Below are positions 1-8,258 of a stretch of 36,918 nucleotides of DNA, in pieces. This DNA comes from Candidatus Binataceae bacterium (GTDB taxonomy: Bacteria > Desulfobacterota > Binatia > Binatales > Binataceae): assembly GCA_035506935.1 (NCBI GenBank), contig DATJOQ010000449.1, positions 1 through 36,918 of the forward strand. Reading direction: 5' to 3'. The position numbers and the translations under genes were made by a program. Under the pieces are notes generated by a model that was not told where the DNA came from, did not search any database, and saw nothing but the letters and a program-made list of their open reading frames with translations. The stretch's first letter is position 1; each line of letters starts with the position of its first letter.

Positions 1-40
1 TCAGCAGCCGCGCCATCAATCGCGGCGGCAGCTTACCGCA

Positions 41-1903
41 TTGAAGCCCGCTCTTTCCCGCCATAAGTTCGATATGTTAGTCGCGATTACGCAAAACTTG
101 GAACCAATACATACCACCGCCACTGAAGCCGCCGCCGACCCTGCGCCTGAGCTCGCGCACGCGGCGATCGATCAAGCAACCATACCGCCTGACCACCGCG
201 TCACGGCCGATCCGGGATGGCTCGACGCGCTGGCCCGGCCCACCATCGCGATACCATTGCTGCTCGCCTTCGGCCTGATCCTGTTTATCGTCAATCTTGG
301 CGGCTATCCGCTCTATACTAAGGGCGAGCCGCGCGAGGCGGTGATCGTGCTGAACATGGTCCAGGGCGGCGGCCTGATTCTGCCGATGCGCGCCGGGGTC
401 GAGCTTCCGTCCAAGCCGCCCCTGATGCATTGGCTCGCGGCCGCGCTCTCGGTCCTCGCTGGCCGGGTCAACGAATGGACCGTGCGATTGCCCTCGGCCT
501 CGCTCGCGGTACTCGGGATACTGGTCTGCTATCTCTACGTGCGCCGGCTGTTCGACGACCGCAGCGCCCTGCTGTCGGCTCTGATGCTCGGCAGCACGCT
601 TCAATACCTGCAGGCAGGAAGCGGCGCACGCGTCGATATCACGCTCACCTTCTTCATGGAGATCGCGTTCTTCGAATTCCTGATGGTCGCCGAAGGGCTC
701 ACCGAACGGCGCCTGCCGCTCTACTTCGCGATGGCCGCGGCGGTGCTGGCCAAGGGACCGGTAGGCGTCGTGTTGCCGGCCGCGGTCGCCGCAATTTGGA
801 TCGCGATCGAGCGCCGCTTCGATCTGATCCATCGCCTGAAGCTCGTCCAAGGCGCGATCATCCTGTTCGTCTTCGCTGGCGGATGGTACCTCGCCGCGAT
901 CCGGGTCGGCGGCGCGTCGTTTTTCCGCAAGCAAATCCTGATGGAGAATGTTTTCACTTTTCTCCATAGCCGCAAGCTGAGCGGCGGCCACGCCCATCCG
1001 TTTTACTATGTCGAGCTGTCACTGCTCGCCGGCTTCTTTCCCTGGTCGATATTCATTCCCGGTATCGCGATCGTATTCGGCCGCAAGCCGTACCTCTCGA
1101 ATCCGCGCATCCGCTACCTGATCGTCTGGATCGCAACCGTACTGGTGTTCTACAGCGTCGCGCACAGCAAACGCGGCGTCTATTTGCTCGCCCTGTATCC
1201 GGCATTGGCAGCCGCGATCGCGCTCTTTCTGGTCGACGCTATCGATAGATCGCAACTCCGCCCGCGATGGGTCACGCCCGTTTCGCTCGCCGCCGGCGGG
1301 TTTTTTCTGATCGCCGCCACCGCCGCGCTGTTCGGTGTCGCGATACTCGATCTATCGCCCTCTACCCTCGGCAATTGGCTTGCGCGATTCGGCGTCCGCG
1401 CCACGACCCTGCTGCCCGCGCTTGCCCATCGGATGCACACCCTGCCGGCGCTGCTCATCATCGCGGCGATCGCCGCTTTGGGCGTTTATCTTTTGCGCTC
1501 GCAGCCGCGAATCCAAAATACCGTCCTCGCGATCGCAGCGGGTGTAGCGTGCATGACGCTTGCCGCGAACCTGTTCGTCGCCGCCGCTATCGCCGACGCG
1601 CTCTCGCTTAAGCAGTTCACCCACGACGCGATGGCGATAATCGACGGCCATAGCGTCGCCTATCAGGGCACGCTCAATTACGACTTCGCCTTCTACAGCG
1701 GCAAAACCATTCCAATTGTCATGAACGCCGATACTGCTACCGCGGATTATCTGCTGATGTGGGCAGACAATTATCACCTGCTCACAGCCAGCGCCCGCAA
1801 CAATTTCCCGATTGCGCTGAAGAGCGGCCCGACCGACCTCGACGGCAGCGGCGGGATGCTCCTGCTCAAGCGCGCAGCGCCAGCTCCTTCGGGATCAGTC
1901 TGA
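41..1903 (+). CDS. Polytopic membrane glycosyltransferase, GT39 / ArnT-PMT-like (GT-C fold)
   Basis: 620-aa ORF with a TTG start at 41; the first in-frame ATG is at 74. It has many hydrophobic helices. The segments 'GGYPLYTKGEPREAVIVLNMVQGGG' and 'SKPPLMHWL' after the first helix resemble the conserved N-terminal loop region of ArnT/PMT-type transferases. The C-terminal ~90 aa are soluble. Confidence 0.7.
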   Translation: MKPALSRHKFDMLVAITQNLEPIHTTATEAAADPAPELAHAAIDQATIPPDHRVTADPGWLDALARPTIAIPLLLAFGLILFIVNLGGYPLYTKGEPREAVIVLNMVQGGGLILPMRAGVELPSKPPLMHWLAAALSVLAGRVNEWTVRLPSASLAVLGILVCYLYVRRLFDDRSALLSALMLGSTLQYLQAGSGARVDITLTFFMEIAFFEFLMVAEGLTERRLPLYFAMAAAVLAKGPVGVVLPAAVAAIWIAIERRFDLIHRLKLVQGAIILFVFAGGWYLAAIRVGGASFFRKQILMENVFTFLHSRKLSGGHAHPFYYVELSLLAGFFPWSIFIPGIAIVFGRKPYLSNPRIRYLIVWIATVLVFYSVAHSKRGVYLLALYPALAAAIALFLVDAIDRSQLRPRWVTPVSLAAGGFFLIAATAALFGVAILDLSPSTLGNWLARFGVRATTLLPALAHRMHTLPALLIIAAIAALGVYLLRSQPRIQNTVLAIAAGVACMTLAANLFVAAAIADALSLKQFTHDAMAIIDGHSVAYQGTLNYDFAFYSGKTIPIVMNADTATADYLLMWADNYHLLTASARNNFPIALKSGPTDLDGSGGMLLLKRAAPAPSGSV

Positions 1904-1982
1904 GCCGCAACCATCGCCGCGACCCCTCAGCCGCTGTCGCTTCCCGCAGCGGATTCAATCCCCTCTCCCGCATCTCTTTTTT

Positions 1983-2034
1983 GTCATCCTGAGAAAAGCG
2001 AGTCCGCGAGCGGAGTCGCTGCGCTCAGGATGAC
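1983..2034. repeat. REP-like palindromic intergenic repeat, copy A (GTCATCCTGAG ... CTCAGGATGAC hairpin)
   Basis: GTCATCCTGAG (1983-1993) is the exact reverse complement of CTCAGGATGAC (2024-2034). The inner stem AGCGAGTCCG/CGGAGTCGCT pairs at 9 of 10 positions. The copy lies in the convergent gap between the GT39 stop (1903) and the Sir2 stop (2091). Confidence 0.75.
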
Positions 2035-2090
2035 GACACGTAGAAGGCGAAGCGATTTTTACGTTCGGATTCTCGTCATGCAGCCGAAGT

Positions 2091-2942
2091 TCACGACAGC
2101 CTGGCCGCGCGGCGCGCCGACGCCGCTTTCACCAATCGCGGCAGCACCGCCGCCGCGCCGCCGCGCAAGCTCACGTCGCATAGCTGCGAGATCTCGCTTT
2201 CGTACAAATTGACTTCGATCAGCCGTCCGCCGCGCTGCTTCACTTCGAGCGCGAATCCCGCCGCCGGATAGACCGTAGCCGACGTTCCTGCCACCAGCAC
2301 CAAATCCGCCTGCGACGCGTGCCGCGCGCATCGCTCGAGCACGTCGGGCGGGATCGGCTCGCCGAACGCCACCGTATCGCTTTTCAGAAGGCCGTCGCAT
2401 CGCGGACAATGTGGCGGCAGTTGCTCGAGATCGATCTCCTCCCACTTGAAACGCGAGCCGCATTCGAGACATCGGATCAGCTTGAAGTTGCCATGAATCT
2501 CGGCCAGCGCGTTCTGCCCGGCCTGCCGATGTAAATCATCGACGTTCTGCGTGATCACGAAGCGCAGCAGGCCCATGGTTTCGAGCTCGTACAGCGCCAG
2601 ATGGCCGGGGTTGGGCTTGGCGATTTTCAGCGGCGCGAACAACTCGTCATCCTGTCGCGCCAGCCGCTCCTGCCACGCTTTTTTCGGGTTGGCGAGAAAA
2701 ATCTGAAACCCGTTCATCGGCGGCTCGCCGTACTTGGTCCACAAACCGCCCGGTCCGCGAAACGGCGGGATCCCGCTTTCGACCGACATCCCTGCGCCGG
2801 TCAGCGCGATACTGTATTCGGCTTCCAGCAGCAGTTGTGCTGCCTGTTCTATTTCGTCGTCGCTCGCGACTCTCGTCGCCTGCTCTGCCTTAGGCATCTC
2901 GATTTTTCTCTCTGAAACTGACGTATCACGCTCCGATCGCAA
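2091..2942 (-). CDS. cobB: NAD-dependent protein deacylase, Sir2/CobB family
   Basis: Contains the NAD-binding motif 'GAGMSVESGIPPFRGPGGLW', the catalytic motif 'ITQNVDDLH' and a Zn ribbon 'CLEC ... CPRC'. The ORF-track start is TTG at 2942. The ATG at 2897 (MPKAEQ...), preceded by GAGAGA, is the more likely start. Confidence 0.9.
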   Translation of the reverse strand: MRSERDTSVSERKIEMPKAEQATRVASDDEIEQAAQLLLEAEYSIALTGAGMSVESGIPPFRGPGGLWTKYGEPPMNGFQIFLANPKKAWQERLARQDDELFAPLKIAKPNPGHLALYELETMGLLRFVITQNVDDLHRQAGQNALAEIHGNFKLIRCLECGSRFKWEEIDLEQLPPHCPRCDGLLKSDTVAFGEPIPPDVLERCARHASQADLVLVAGTSATVYPAAGFALEVKQRGGRLIEVNLYESEISQLCDVSLRGGAAAVLPRLVKAASARRAARLS

Positions 2943-3050
2943 CCGTCAAAACTTTAATCGGCGATCGCCCCGATACCGCGTGCCGCTTGGACCATCGCCG
3001 CCGCTCGATCTATATACGTTTAGCTCAAAATTTTCGGGGGTACTTTTACC

Positions 3051-3857
3051 ATGCCAGATTATTCAAGCTACCAGTGCATCAAGGTCGAGAAGGACAACAA
3101 GCTCGCCACCGTGACGTTCAATCGTCCTGACGCACTCAACGCCGTCAATTCCCAGTTGCACGACGAGCTCGAGCGCATATGGCTTGATCTCGCCTACGAC
3201 TCCGAGATCAACGCGATCCTGCTGACCGGCGCGGGCCGCGCCTTTTCCGCCGGTGGTGACGTGAAGAACATGGCCAACCGATGGGGCACCGACGAAGGCA
3301 AGAAATGGGCGATCACGATTGCCACTGCTGGCCGCCGCCTGATCCAGAACATGCTCGACGTCGAGCAGCCGATTATCGGCGCGATCAACGGCGACGCGAT
3401 GGGCCTCGGCGCCAATATCGCGCTGCTGTGCGACGTTATCGTGATGTCTGAAACGGCGCGCGTCGCCGACACTCACGTCAAGGTCGGAATCGTCGCCGGC
3501 GACAGTGGCGCGGTCATATGGCCGCTGCTGGTCGGCCCCGCACGCGCCAAGGAATTCCTGATGCGCGGCACGTTCATCACCGGCGCGGAAGCCGCCAAGA
3601 TGGGCCTGGTCAATTACGCGCTGCCCCCCGACCAGGTGCTCGGCAAGGCTCGGGAGATCGCCCGCGAGTTGGCCGACGGCCCGACCTACGCTATCCGATG
3701 GACCAAGATGGCGGTCAACAAGTTTCTCAAGCAGCAGGCCAATCTGATTCTCGATTCTTCGCTGGCCTACGAGATGCTGACCTTCCACACCGAGGACCAT
3801 CGCGAGGCCGCCCGCGCCTTCGTCGAGAAGCGCAAGCCAAAATTCGAGGGCAAATAG
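3051..3857 (+). CDS. Enoyl-CoA hydratase/isomerase (crotonase fold)
   Basis: 268 aa. Carries the crotonase motifs 'GRAFSAGGD' and 'AINGDAMGLGANIALLCD'. The ATG at 3051 has a GGGGG run about 10 nt upstream. Confidence 0.9.
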   Translation: MPDYSSYQCIKVEKDNKLATVTFNRPDALNAVNSQLHDELERIWLDLAYDSEINAILLTGAGRAFSAGGDVKNMANRWGTDEGKKWAITIATAGRRLIQNMLDVEQPIIGAINGDAMGLGANIALLCDVIVMSETARVADTHVKVGIVAGDSGAVIWPLLVGPARAKEFLMRGTFITGAEAAKMGLVNYALPPDQVLGKAREIARELADGPTYAIRWTKMAVNKFLKQQANLILDSSLAYEMLTFHTEDHREAARAFVEKRKPKFEGK

Positions 3858-3870
3858 GCCCAGCGCAACC

Positions 3871-3975
3871 GCTCACTTCGCTCGGAATGACAAGAGGAAC
3901 CCCCTTTTGTCATACTGAGCGAAGCGACGGCATCGCCGGAGCGCAGTCGAAGGATCTCCGTGAAGCGATTCTTCC
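3871..3975. repeat. REP-like repeat, compound copy B (reverse module facing forward module)
   Basis: Reverse-oriented GCTCGGAATGAC (3880-3891) faces forward GTCATACTGAGCGAAGCG...GAAGGATCTCCGTGAAGCGATTCTTCC (3909-3975). The two GTCAT arms can pair at 10 of 12 positions. The copy lies downstream of the hydratase stop (3857). Confidence 0.7.
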
Positions 3976-4003
3976 TTGGAATCCTCCAATCTCCTAAAAG
4001 CCA

Positions 4004-4041
4004 AACGGCGCGCGACTATCGTCGCGCGCCGTTCGCTTTTC
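4004..4041. terminator. Bidirectional Rho-independent terminator between convergent genes
   Basis: Perfect 13-bp stem AACGGCGCGCGAC (4004-4016) / GTCGCGCGCCGTT (4021-4033) with loop TATC. It is followed by CGCTTTTC on the plus strand and preceded by AAAAG, which gives a T-run on the minus strand. It sits between the stops at 3857 (+) and 4080 (-). Confidence 0.75.
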
Positions 4042-4079
4042 AAACCCTCAGCGCTAGATCGCGCTGGCCTTACACCTGA

Positions 4080-5519
4080 CTACCGATGGATCTCTTCGAG
4101 CTTGTTGATGTCGTAGAGACGCTCGGCCTCGGCGCCTCGGATATTCGGATAGCCGCCACCGTAGCACGGCACGAACGTTCCGCGGCTGTTCTGCAGATCC
4201 ATCACCTGCACCGACTGGAAGTTGGTGGTGAACACGCCCTTGTTGATCGCCTGGCGTGACGCATTCTTGAAGTCCTCAGTCCAGGCTTTCTGGAAGTACC
4301 ACAGCTTCCACAGCTTGTCCTTATGGTCGAACGCTTCCATCCAGAAGGTGTCCCAGTTCTCGGCGTCAAAGAAGTCGATTACCGAGTTGTAAGGAGCGCG
4401 TGGATCCTTCGGCGTGCGTTCGATCACCGCGAAGCGGCGCAGCGACCACACGTCGCTAGGGATCATCCCGTTGGGGCCGTAGAAGTGCGAATCGTCATAC
4501 TTGGAATCCATGACGACCAGCATGTCCTTCCAGCCCATGAACTTCCAATTCCACTCCAGCGGACGGCCCGAGAAGCCATAGAAGTCTTCCAGCGTATGGT
4601 CCGTGCCGAGCAGCGAGTCCGACTTGACTTCCGCTGTGATTCGTCGCACGCGACGCAGGTTGGGAATATAGGCCCAGGCGTCGTCGGCGCGATGCGGGTC
4701 GGCGTAGCGATAGATGATAAACGCGGTGCCGCGAATATCGAACGGCTCATGGAATCCAGTGAATTCCTTGAACTCGAAATTCTTCGCGTCGGGCACCGGC
4801 AGCACGCCATCCTTGCTCGAAAGCGGAGCCAGATGGCTGTAATAAACGCGCTCGTACGGTCCCTGCAGCGTGCGCTGGAAAGTCCCGCCGCCCTGGAAGT
4901 TCGGGGTCAGGTCGGTCGGCAGGTCGGCGGTGAATGGCAGCCACATCCCCGGCGGCTTGGTCAGCACCGGAGCCACGTGCGTTCCACCGAAACGATCCCA
5001 AATCCAGCCTACGTCGGTGATGAACAGGCCGTAGTTCTGCCAACGGTAGTCAAAATTCCACGAGGCCTTCATGCCCGCCGTGGGATCCTGGACCGTGATC
5101 TGCGAGGTGGGGAACGCCTGTCCGCAGACGTAGTTCTCCATCGCGCCGTCGGCTGCGAGCCTGGTCTGGCTCTGATACTTCTCGCTGCACTCCACGTAAT
5201 CGTTGCGCGGCTTATGGCTCTTGGCCGGGATGATATCGGCGCGAAACTCCGGAAAGTTAAGCTGCTCGATGAACCCGGGTGGGATAAACGGCCGCATCTT
5301 CTCGATATCCTTGGCCGTCAGCGAGTCGCCCGGCTTGAAATCGGGCTTAGCGCCCTGGTTCTTTGCCAGCCACTGGTCAAAGGTTGCTCGCGTGTAGGTG
5401 CTGAAGTCCTGCGCGTTGGCGGATACCGCCGCTAGCGACAACACAGCTAGCGCCACGGCGCCCGTCAACCACCGGCTCTGCATCCCACCGCGCTTAAATC
5501 GAGACGTCTCCGTTCTCAT
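4080..5519 (-). CDS. Secreted DUF1329-family protein (LolA-like, outer-membrane lipoprotein-sorting-like fold)
   Basis: The core 'DDAWAYIPNLRRVRRITAEVKSDSLLGTDHTLEDFYGFSGRPLEWNWKFMGWKD' matches the pattern I recall for DUF1329 (AW.Y.P..RRVRR ... DD..GF.G ... W.. .GK). The signal peptide is 'MQSRWLTGAVALAVLSLAAVSANA'. The ORF-track start is GTG at 5573. The ATG at 5519 has a GGGAGGA Shine-Dalgarno, and another ATG lies at 5483. Confidence 0.75.
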   Translation of the reverse strand: MRTETSRFKRGGMQSRWLTGAVALAVLSLAAVSANAQDFSTYTRATFDQWLAKNQGAKPDFKPGDSLTAKDIEKMRPFIPPGFIEQLNFPEFRADIIPAKSHKPRNDYVECSEKYQSQTRLAADGAMENYVCGQAFPTSQITVQDPTAGMKASWNFDYRWQNYGLFITDVGWIWDRFGGTHVAPVLTKPPGMWLPFTADLPTDLTPNFQGGGTFQRTLQGPYERVYYSHLAPLSSKDGVLPVPDAKNFEFKEFTGFHEPFDIRGTAFIIYRYADPHRADDAWAYIPNLRRVRRITAEVKSDSLLGTDHTLEDFYGFSGRPLEWNWKFMGWKDMLVVMDSKYDDSHFYGPNGMIPSDVWSLRRFAVIERTPKDPRAPYNSVIDFFDAENWDTFWMEAFDHKDKLWKLWYFQKAWTEDFKNASRQAINKGVFTTNFQSVQVMDLQNSRGTFVPCYGGGYPNIRGAEAERLYDINKLEEIHR

Positions 5520-5573
5520 ACCTTCTTCGGTCCTCCCTCTTTTTTCTCCGTATTCTCGATGCCCTAAAGGCAC

Positions 5574-6137
5574 TTCTATTAGTTTGTTCAGACGGTACGT
5601 GTAACCAGACTATTATTAGCTTTTCAAGGAGAGCTTACTTCGGTTCTATTATCGGAATCAGTCGATTAAAAATTGGAACCTAAACGCAGCTAATGAACCT
5701 ACCCGCACGCACTATAAGCGAATTTGGCTCTCAACACAAGACTCATATAAGAAAGTAAAATATCGCAAAAGATTGCCGAGATCAGCTAAAATATCGCTAG
5801 GCTATTCTTCAACCTGCAATTATAACAGTGCGACTAGGGTTTAGCTGTAATTCAGTTTCTAATGGAAGGCCTAACCAGGTCGTCGATCCTCACCTAATGG
5901 GCGGCTTCGTTCGTTAGTCGCAACAAAATTCATACTACCGACGCCATACCTTCGTTTGCTCGGCAGGCGGCGAGCCTCTCAGCGTTCGACCAACGTTTCT
6001 GATGTTAATACGAGTCGTGCGAAGGGTTTGGTTTTGTTCGGGATCTAGAAAAATAAGCTCCGCGAAAGTTTGCGAAATCGTGCTTGAAGGACTATGCCGG
6101 AAAGCACCCGGAACAGGGTTCTCCCCCCAGGCTTCCA
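5574..6137. other. Long ORF-free, low-GC intergenic region upstream of the DUF1329 gene
   Basis: My hand counts give 38-40% G+C per 60-nt line over 5641-5820, against about 60% in flanking coding lines. The only track ORF here (5935..6138, 67 aa) has no coding-like features. Confidence 0.6.
5756..5797. promoter_or_regulatory. Perfect 11-bp direct repeat TAAAATATCGC x2, 31 bp apart (candidate protein-binding sites)
   Basis: TAAAATATCGC occurs at 5756-5766 and again at 5787-5797, inside the low-GC region upstream of the minus-strand DUF1329 gene. Confidence 0.25.
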
Positions 6138-6181
6138 CTCGGAATGACGAAAGGCGCCGTGAATCCTGAGCGAAGCTCAGG
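6138..6181. repeat. REP-like repeat, copy C (reverse module plus short hairpin)
   Basis: CTCGGAATGAC (6138-6148) is followed by the hairpin CCTGAGC-GAA-GCTCAGG (6165-6181). The hairpin lies 35 nt downstream of the minus-strand acyl-CoA dehydrogenase stop at 6216. Confidence 0.6.
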
Positions 6182-6215
6182 TCCGCGCGGCAACTGGGCC
6201 CCTACGACTGCGCGC

Positions 6216-7376
6216 TCAGTAAGACCGTGGCAGCCCCAGCACGTGCTCGCCAACAAAGCTCAGCACAAGGTTGTTCGCGATCGGCGCGGTCCTAAACAGC
6301 CGGGTCTCGCGCCATTTCCGCTCGACGTGGAACTCGCTGGTGTAGCCGTAGCCACCAAGCGTCGTCATTGCGGCCTCGGCCGCTTCCCACGACGCCTCGG
6401 AGGCTAGGTACTTGGCCATGTTCGCTTCCGCCCCGCACGGAAGTCCCGCGTCGAAGCGCGTGGCTGCCTTGAGCCTCATCAGGTCCGCCGCCTCGACCGC
6501 AGTGTGGGCCTTGGCAATCGGGAACTGCACACCCTGGTTCTTGCCAATCGGACGGTCGAACACCACGCGATTCTTGCCGTAATCGACCGCGCGATCGATA
6601 AACCACTTGCCGTCGCCGATACATTCGCTGGCCACCAGAATCCGCTCTGCGTTGAGCGAGCTCAGCAGGTATTGAAACCCCTTGCCCTCTTCGCCGATGC
6701 GGGCGTCGGCCGGCAGCTCGAGATTATCGATAAACACCTGATTGGTCTCATGGTTTATCATCGTGCGAATAGGCACCGCCCTCACCGTGTCGCCGGCCTT
6801 TTTGAGATTCACCAGAAACAGGCTCATGCCCTCGGTTTTCCGCCGCACCTGGTCGAATGGCGTGGTGCGCGCGAGCAGCAGCAGCATGTCGGAATGCTGG
6901 AAGCGCGAGGTGAAAATCTTCTGGCCGTTGATTATGTAACTGTCGCCCTTCCTTACTGCGAAGGTCTTGATCTTGGTGGTGTCCGATCCGGCGTCGGGCT
7001 CCGTCACGCCGAAAGCCTGCAGACGCAAGCTGCCCTCGGCGATTTGCGGCAGGTACTCCCGCTTCTGCTCTTCGCTGCCATGCTGGAGGATCGAGGCCAT
7101 CGTGTACATCTGCGCGTGGCACGCGGCGCCGCTGCCGCCGCAATGGTTGATCTCCTCCAGGATCAACGCGGCATCCATCATCGGCAGTCCCGAGCCGCCG
7201 TACTCCTGGGGTATCAGCGCTGCCAGCCATCCCGCCTGCGCCATCGCATTTACGAACGCTTCGGGATAGGCGTTTTCCTCGTCGCATTTACGCCAGTATT
7301 CGAGGTCGTACTTCGAGCATAGATCCCTCACTCCGTTGCGGATTTCCTTCTGAGTCGACGTAAATTCGAAATCCAT
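6216..7376 (-). CDS. Acyl-CoA dehydrogenase
   Basis: 386 aa. The N-terminal 'MDFEFTSTQKEIRNGVRDLC', the middle 'FGVTEPDAGSD' and the C-terminal 'GGYGYTSEFHVERKWRETRLFRTAPIANN' are typical of the ACAD fold. Confidence 0.92.
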   Translation of the reverse strand: MDFEFTSTQKEIRNGVRDLCSKYDLEYWRKCDEENAYPEAFVNAMAQAGWLAALIPQEYGGSGLPMMDAALILEEINHCGGSGAACHAQMYTMASILQHGSEEQKREYLPQIAEGSLRLQAFGVTEPDAGSDTTKIKTFAVRKGDSYIINGQKIFTSRFQHSDMLLLLARTTPFDQVRRKTEGMSLFLVNLKKAGDTVRAVPIRTMINHETNQVFIDNLELPADARIGEEGKGFQYLLSSLNAERILVASECIGDGKWFIDRAVDYGKNRVVFDRPIGKNQGVQFPIAKAHTAVEAADLMRLKAATRFDAGLPCGAEANMAKYLASEASWEAAEAAMTTLGGYGYTSEFHVERKWRETRLFRTAPIANNLVLSFVGEHVLGLPRSY

Positions 7377-7628
7377 AAATATCCCTCGGCTTTTAGGTTT
7401 TAGCTCGGCGGCTACGCTGGCGCTCCGCCTAGGTACCGCGTTTACCCCGAAATTGAGCTATACGACGCTGGCGAGCCAGCGCGCAATTGAAACGGACGAT
7501 CCCGTGCTCGGCTCGCGTGCGTTGACCAGCAGCTCGAACGGCCGCGTCCTCGGCTTTAACCGGCCGCGCCGATCATCCATGCTGGAGACGGCATCCGATG
7601 TGCCGATCGCTCATCGACGGAGGTCGAA

Positions 7629-8249
7629 GTGGCCCGAAGCTCGCAGAAAGCCGAAAATCACACCGCGCGTGCGTCCATAGATCCGATCGCCCGTTTCCAT
7701 ACCTGGTTCGCGCAGGCCCGACGCGCCAAGGCGCCGCTGACCGAAGCGATGGCGCTGGCGACCGCAAGCCACGACGGCCACGTCTCGGTTCGCTTTGTCT
7801 TACTCAAGCAGGTCGATGATCGCGGTTTCGTCTTTTACACCGACCGGCGAAGCGCAAAGGGTCGCAATCTCCAGGATAATCCACGCGCTTCACTGGCTCT
7901 ATATTGGGACGCTACGGGTAAGCAGGTGCGCGTCGAGGGAGCGATCGAGGAGGTTTCCGCCGCTGAAGCCGACGCCTACTGGGCCTCGCGCCCCCGTCAG
8001 AGCCGGCTATCGGGCAGCGTCTCCAGGCAGAGTGCAAAGCTCGGTAGCCGCACCGAGCTGGTCGACGCGGTCAACCGATTGCGTATGTCGCTCAAGGGCT
8101 CAGACGTTCGACGGCCCGACTATTGGACTGGATTCCGCGTTATCCCCGACTCGATCGAATTCTGGACCCGCCGCAGCCATCGCCTGCATGAGCGCGAGCG
8201 TTACGAGCGCATCGCCAAAGGATGGAAACTGACCCTGCTCCAGCCCTGA
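7629..8249 (+). CDS. pdxH: Pyridoxamine 5'-phosphate oxidase
   Basis: Matches PdxH over the full length: 'RFVLLKQVDDRGFVFYTDRRSAKGRNLQDNPRASLALYW...QVRVEG', 'YWASRPRQSRLSG' and 'IEFWTRRSHRLHER'. GTG start; no earlier in-frame ATG. Confidence 0.9.
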   Translation: MARSSQKAENHTARASIDPIARFHTWFAQARRAKAPLTEAMALATASHDGHVSVRFVLLKQVDDRGFVFYTDRRSAKGRNLQDNPRASLALYWDATGKQVRVEGAIEEVSAAEADAYWASRPRQSRLSGSVSRQSAKLGSRTELVDAVNRLRMSLKGSDVRRPDYWTGFRVIPDSIEFWTRRSHRLHERERYERIAKGWKLTLLQP

Positions 8250-8258
8250 ACCGCGGCG

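Noticed and set aside
2091-2942. Sir2-domain protein as a possible defence effector (Thoeris ThsA / DSR / SIR2-HerA type)
   Set aside because: It is a small stand-alone protein with an intact Zn ribbon (CLEC...CPRC) and the deacylase catalytic His motif. It has no fused sensor domain and no partner gene. The convergent neighbours are housekeeping genes, so it looks like an ordinary CobB-type sirtuin.
3017-3028. Exact 12-mer CGTTTAGCTCAA shared with 10202-10213, both in 5' regions
   Set aside because: My back-of-envelope estimate is about one chance 12-mer match among the ~4.5 kb of intergenic DNA when both strands are counted. The orientation relative to the downstream genes also differs. 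This is not enough for a shared operator.
5935-6138. 67-aa minus-strand ORF inside the low-GC gap
   Set aside because: It has no Shine-Dalgarno and no codon bias resembling neighbouring genes. Its 5' end runs into a REP-like copy, so it is probably non-coding.
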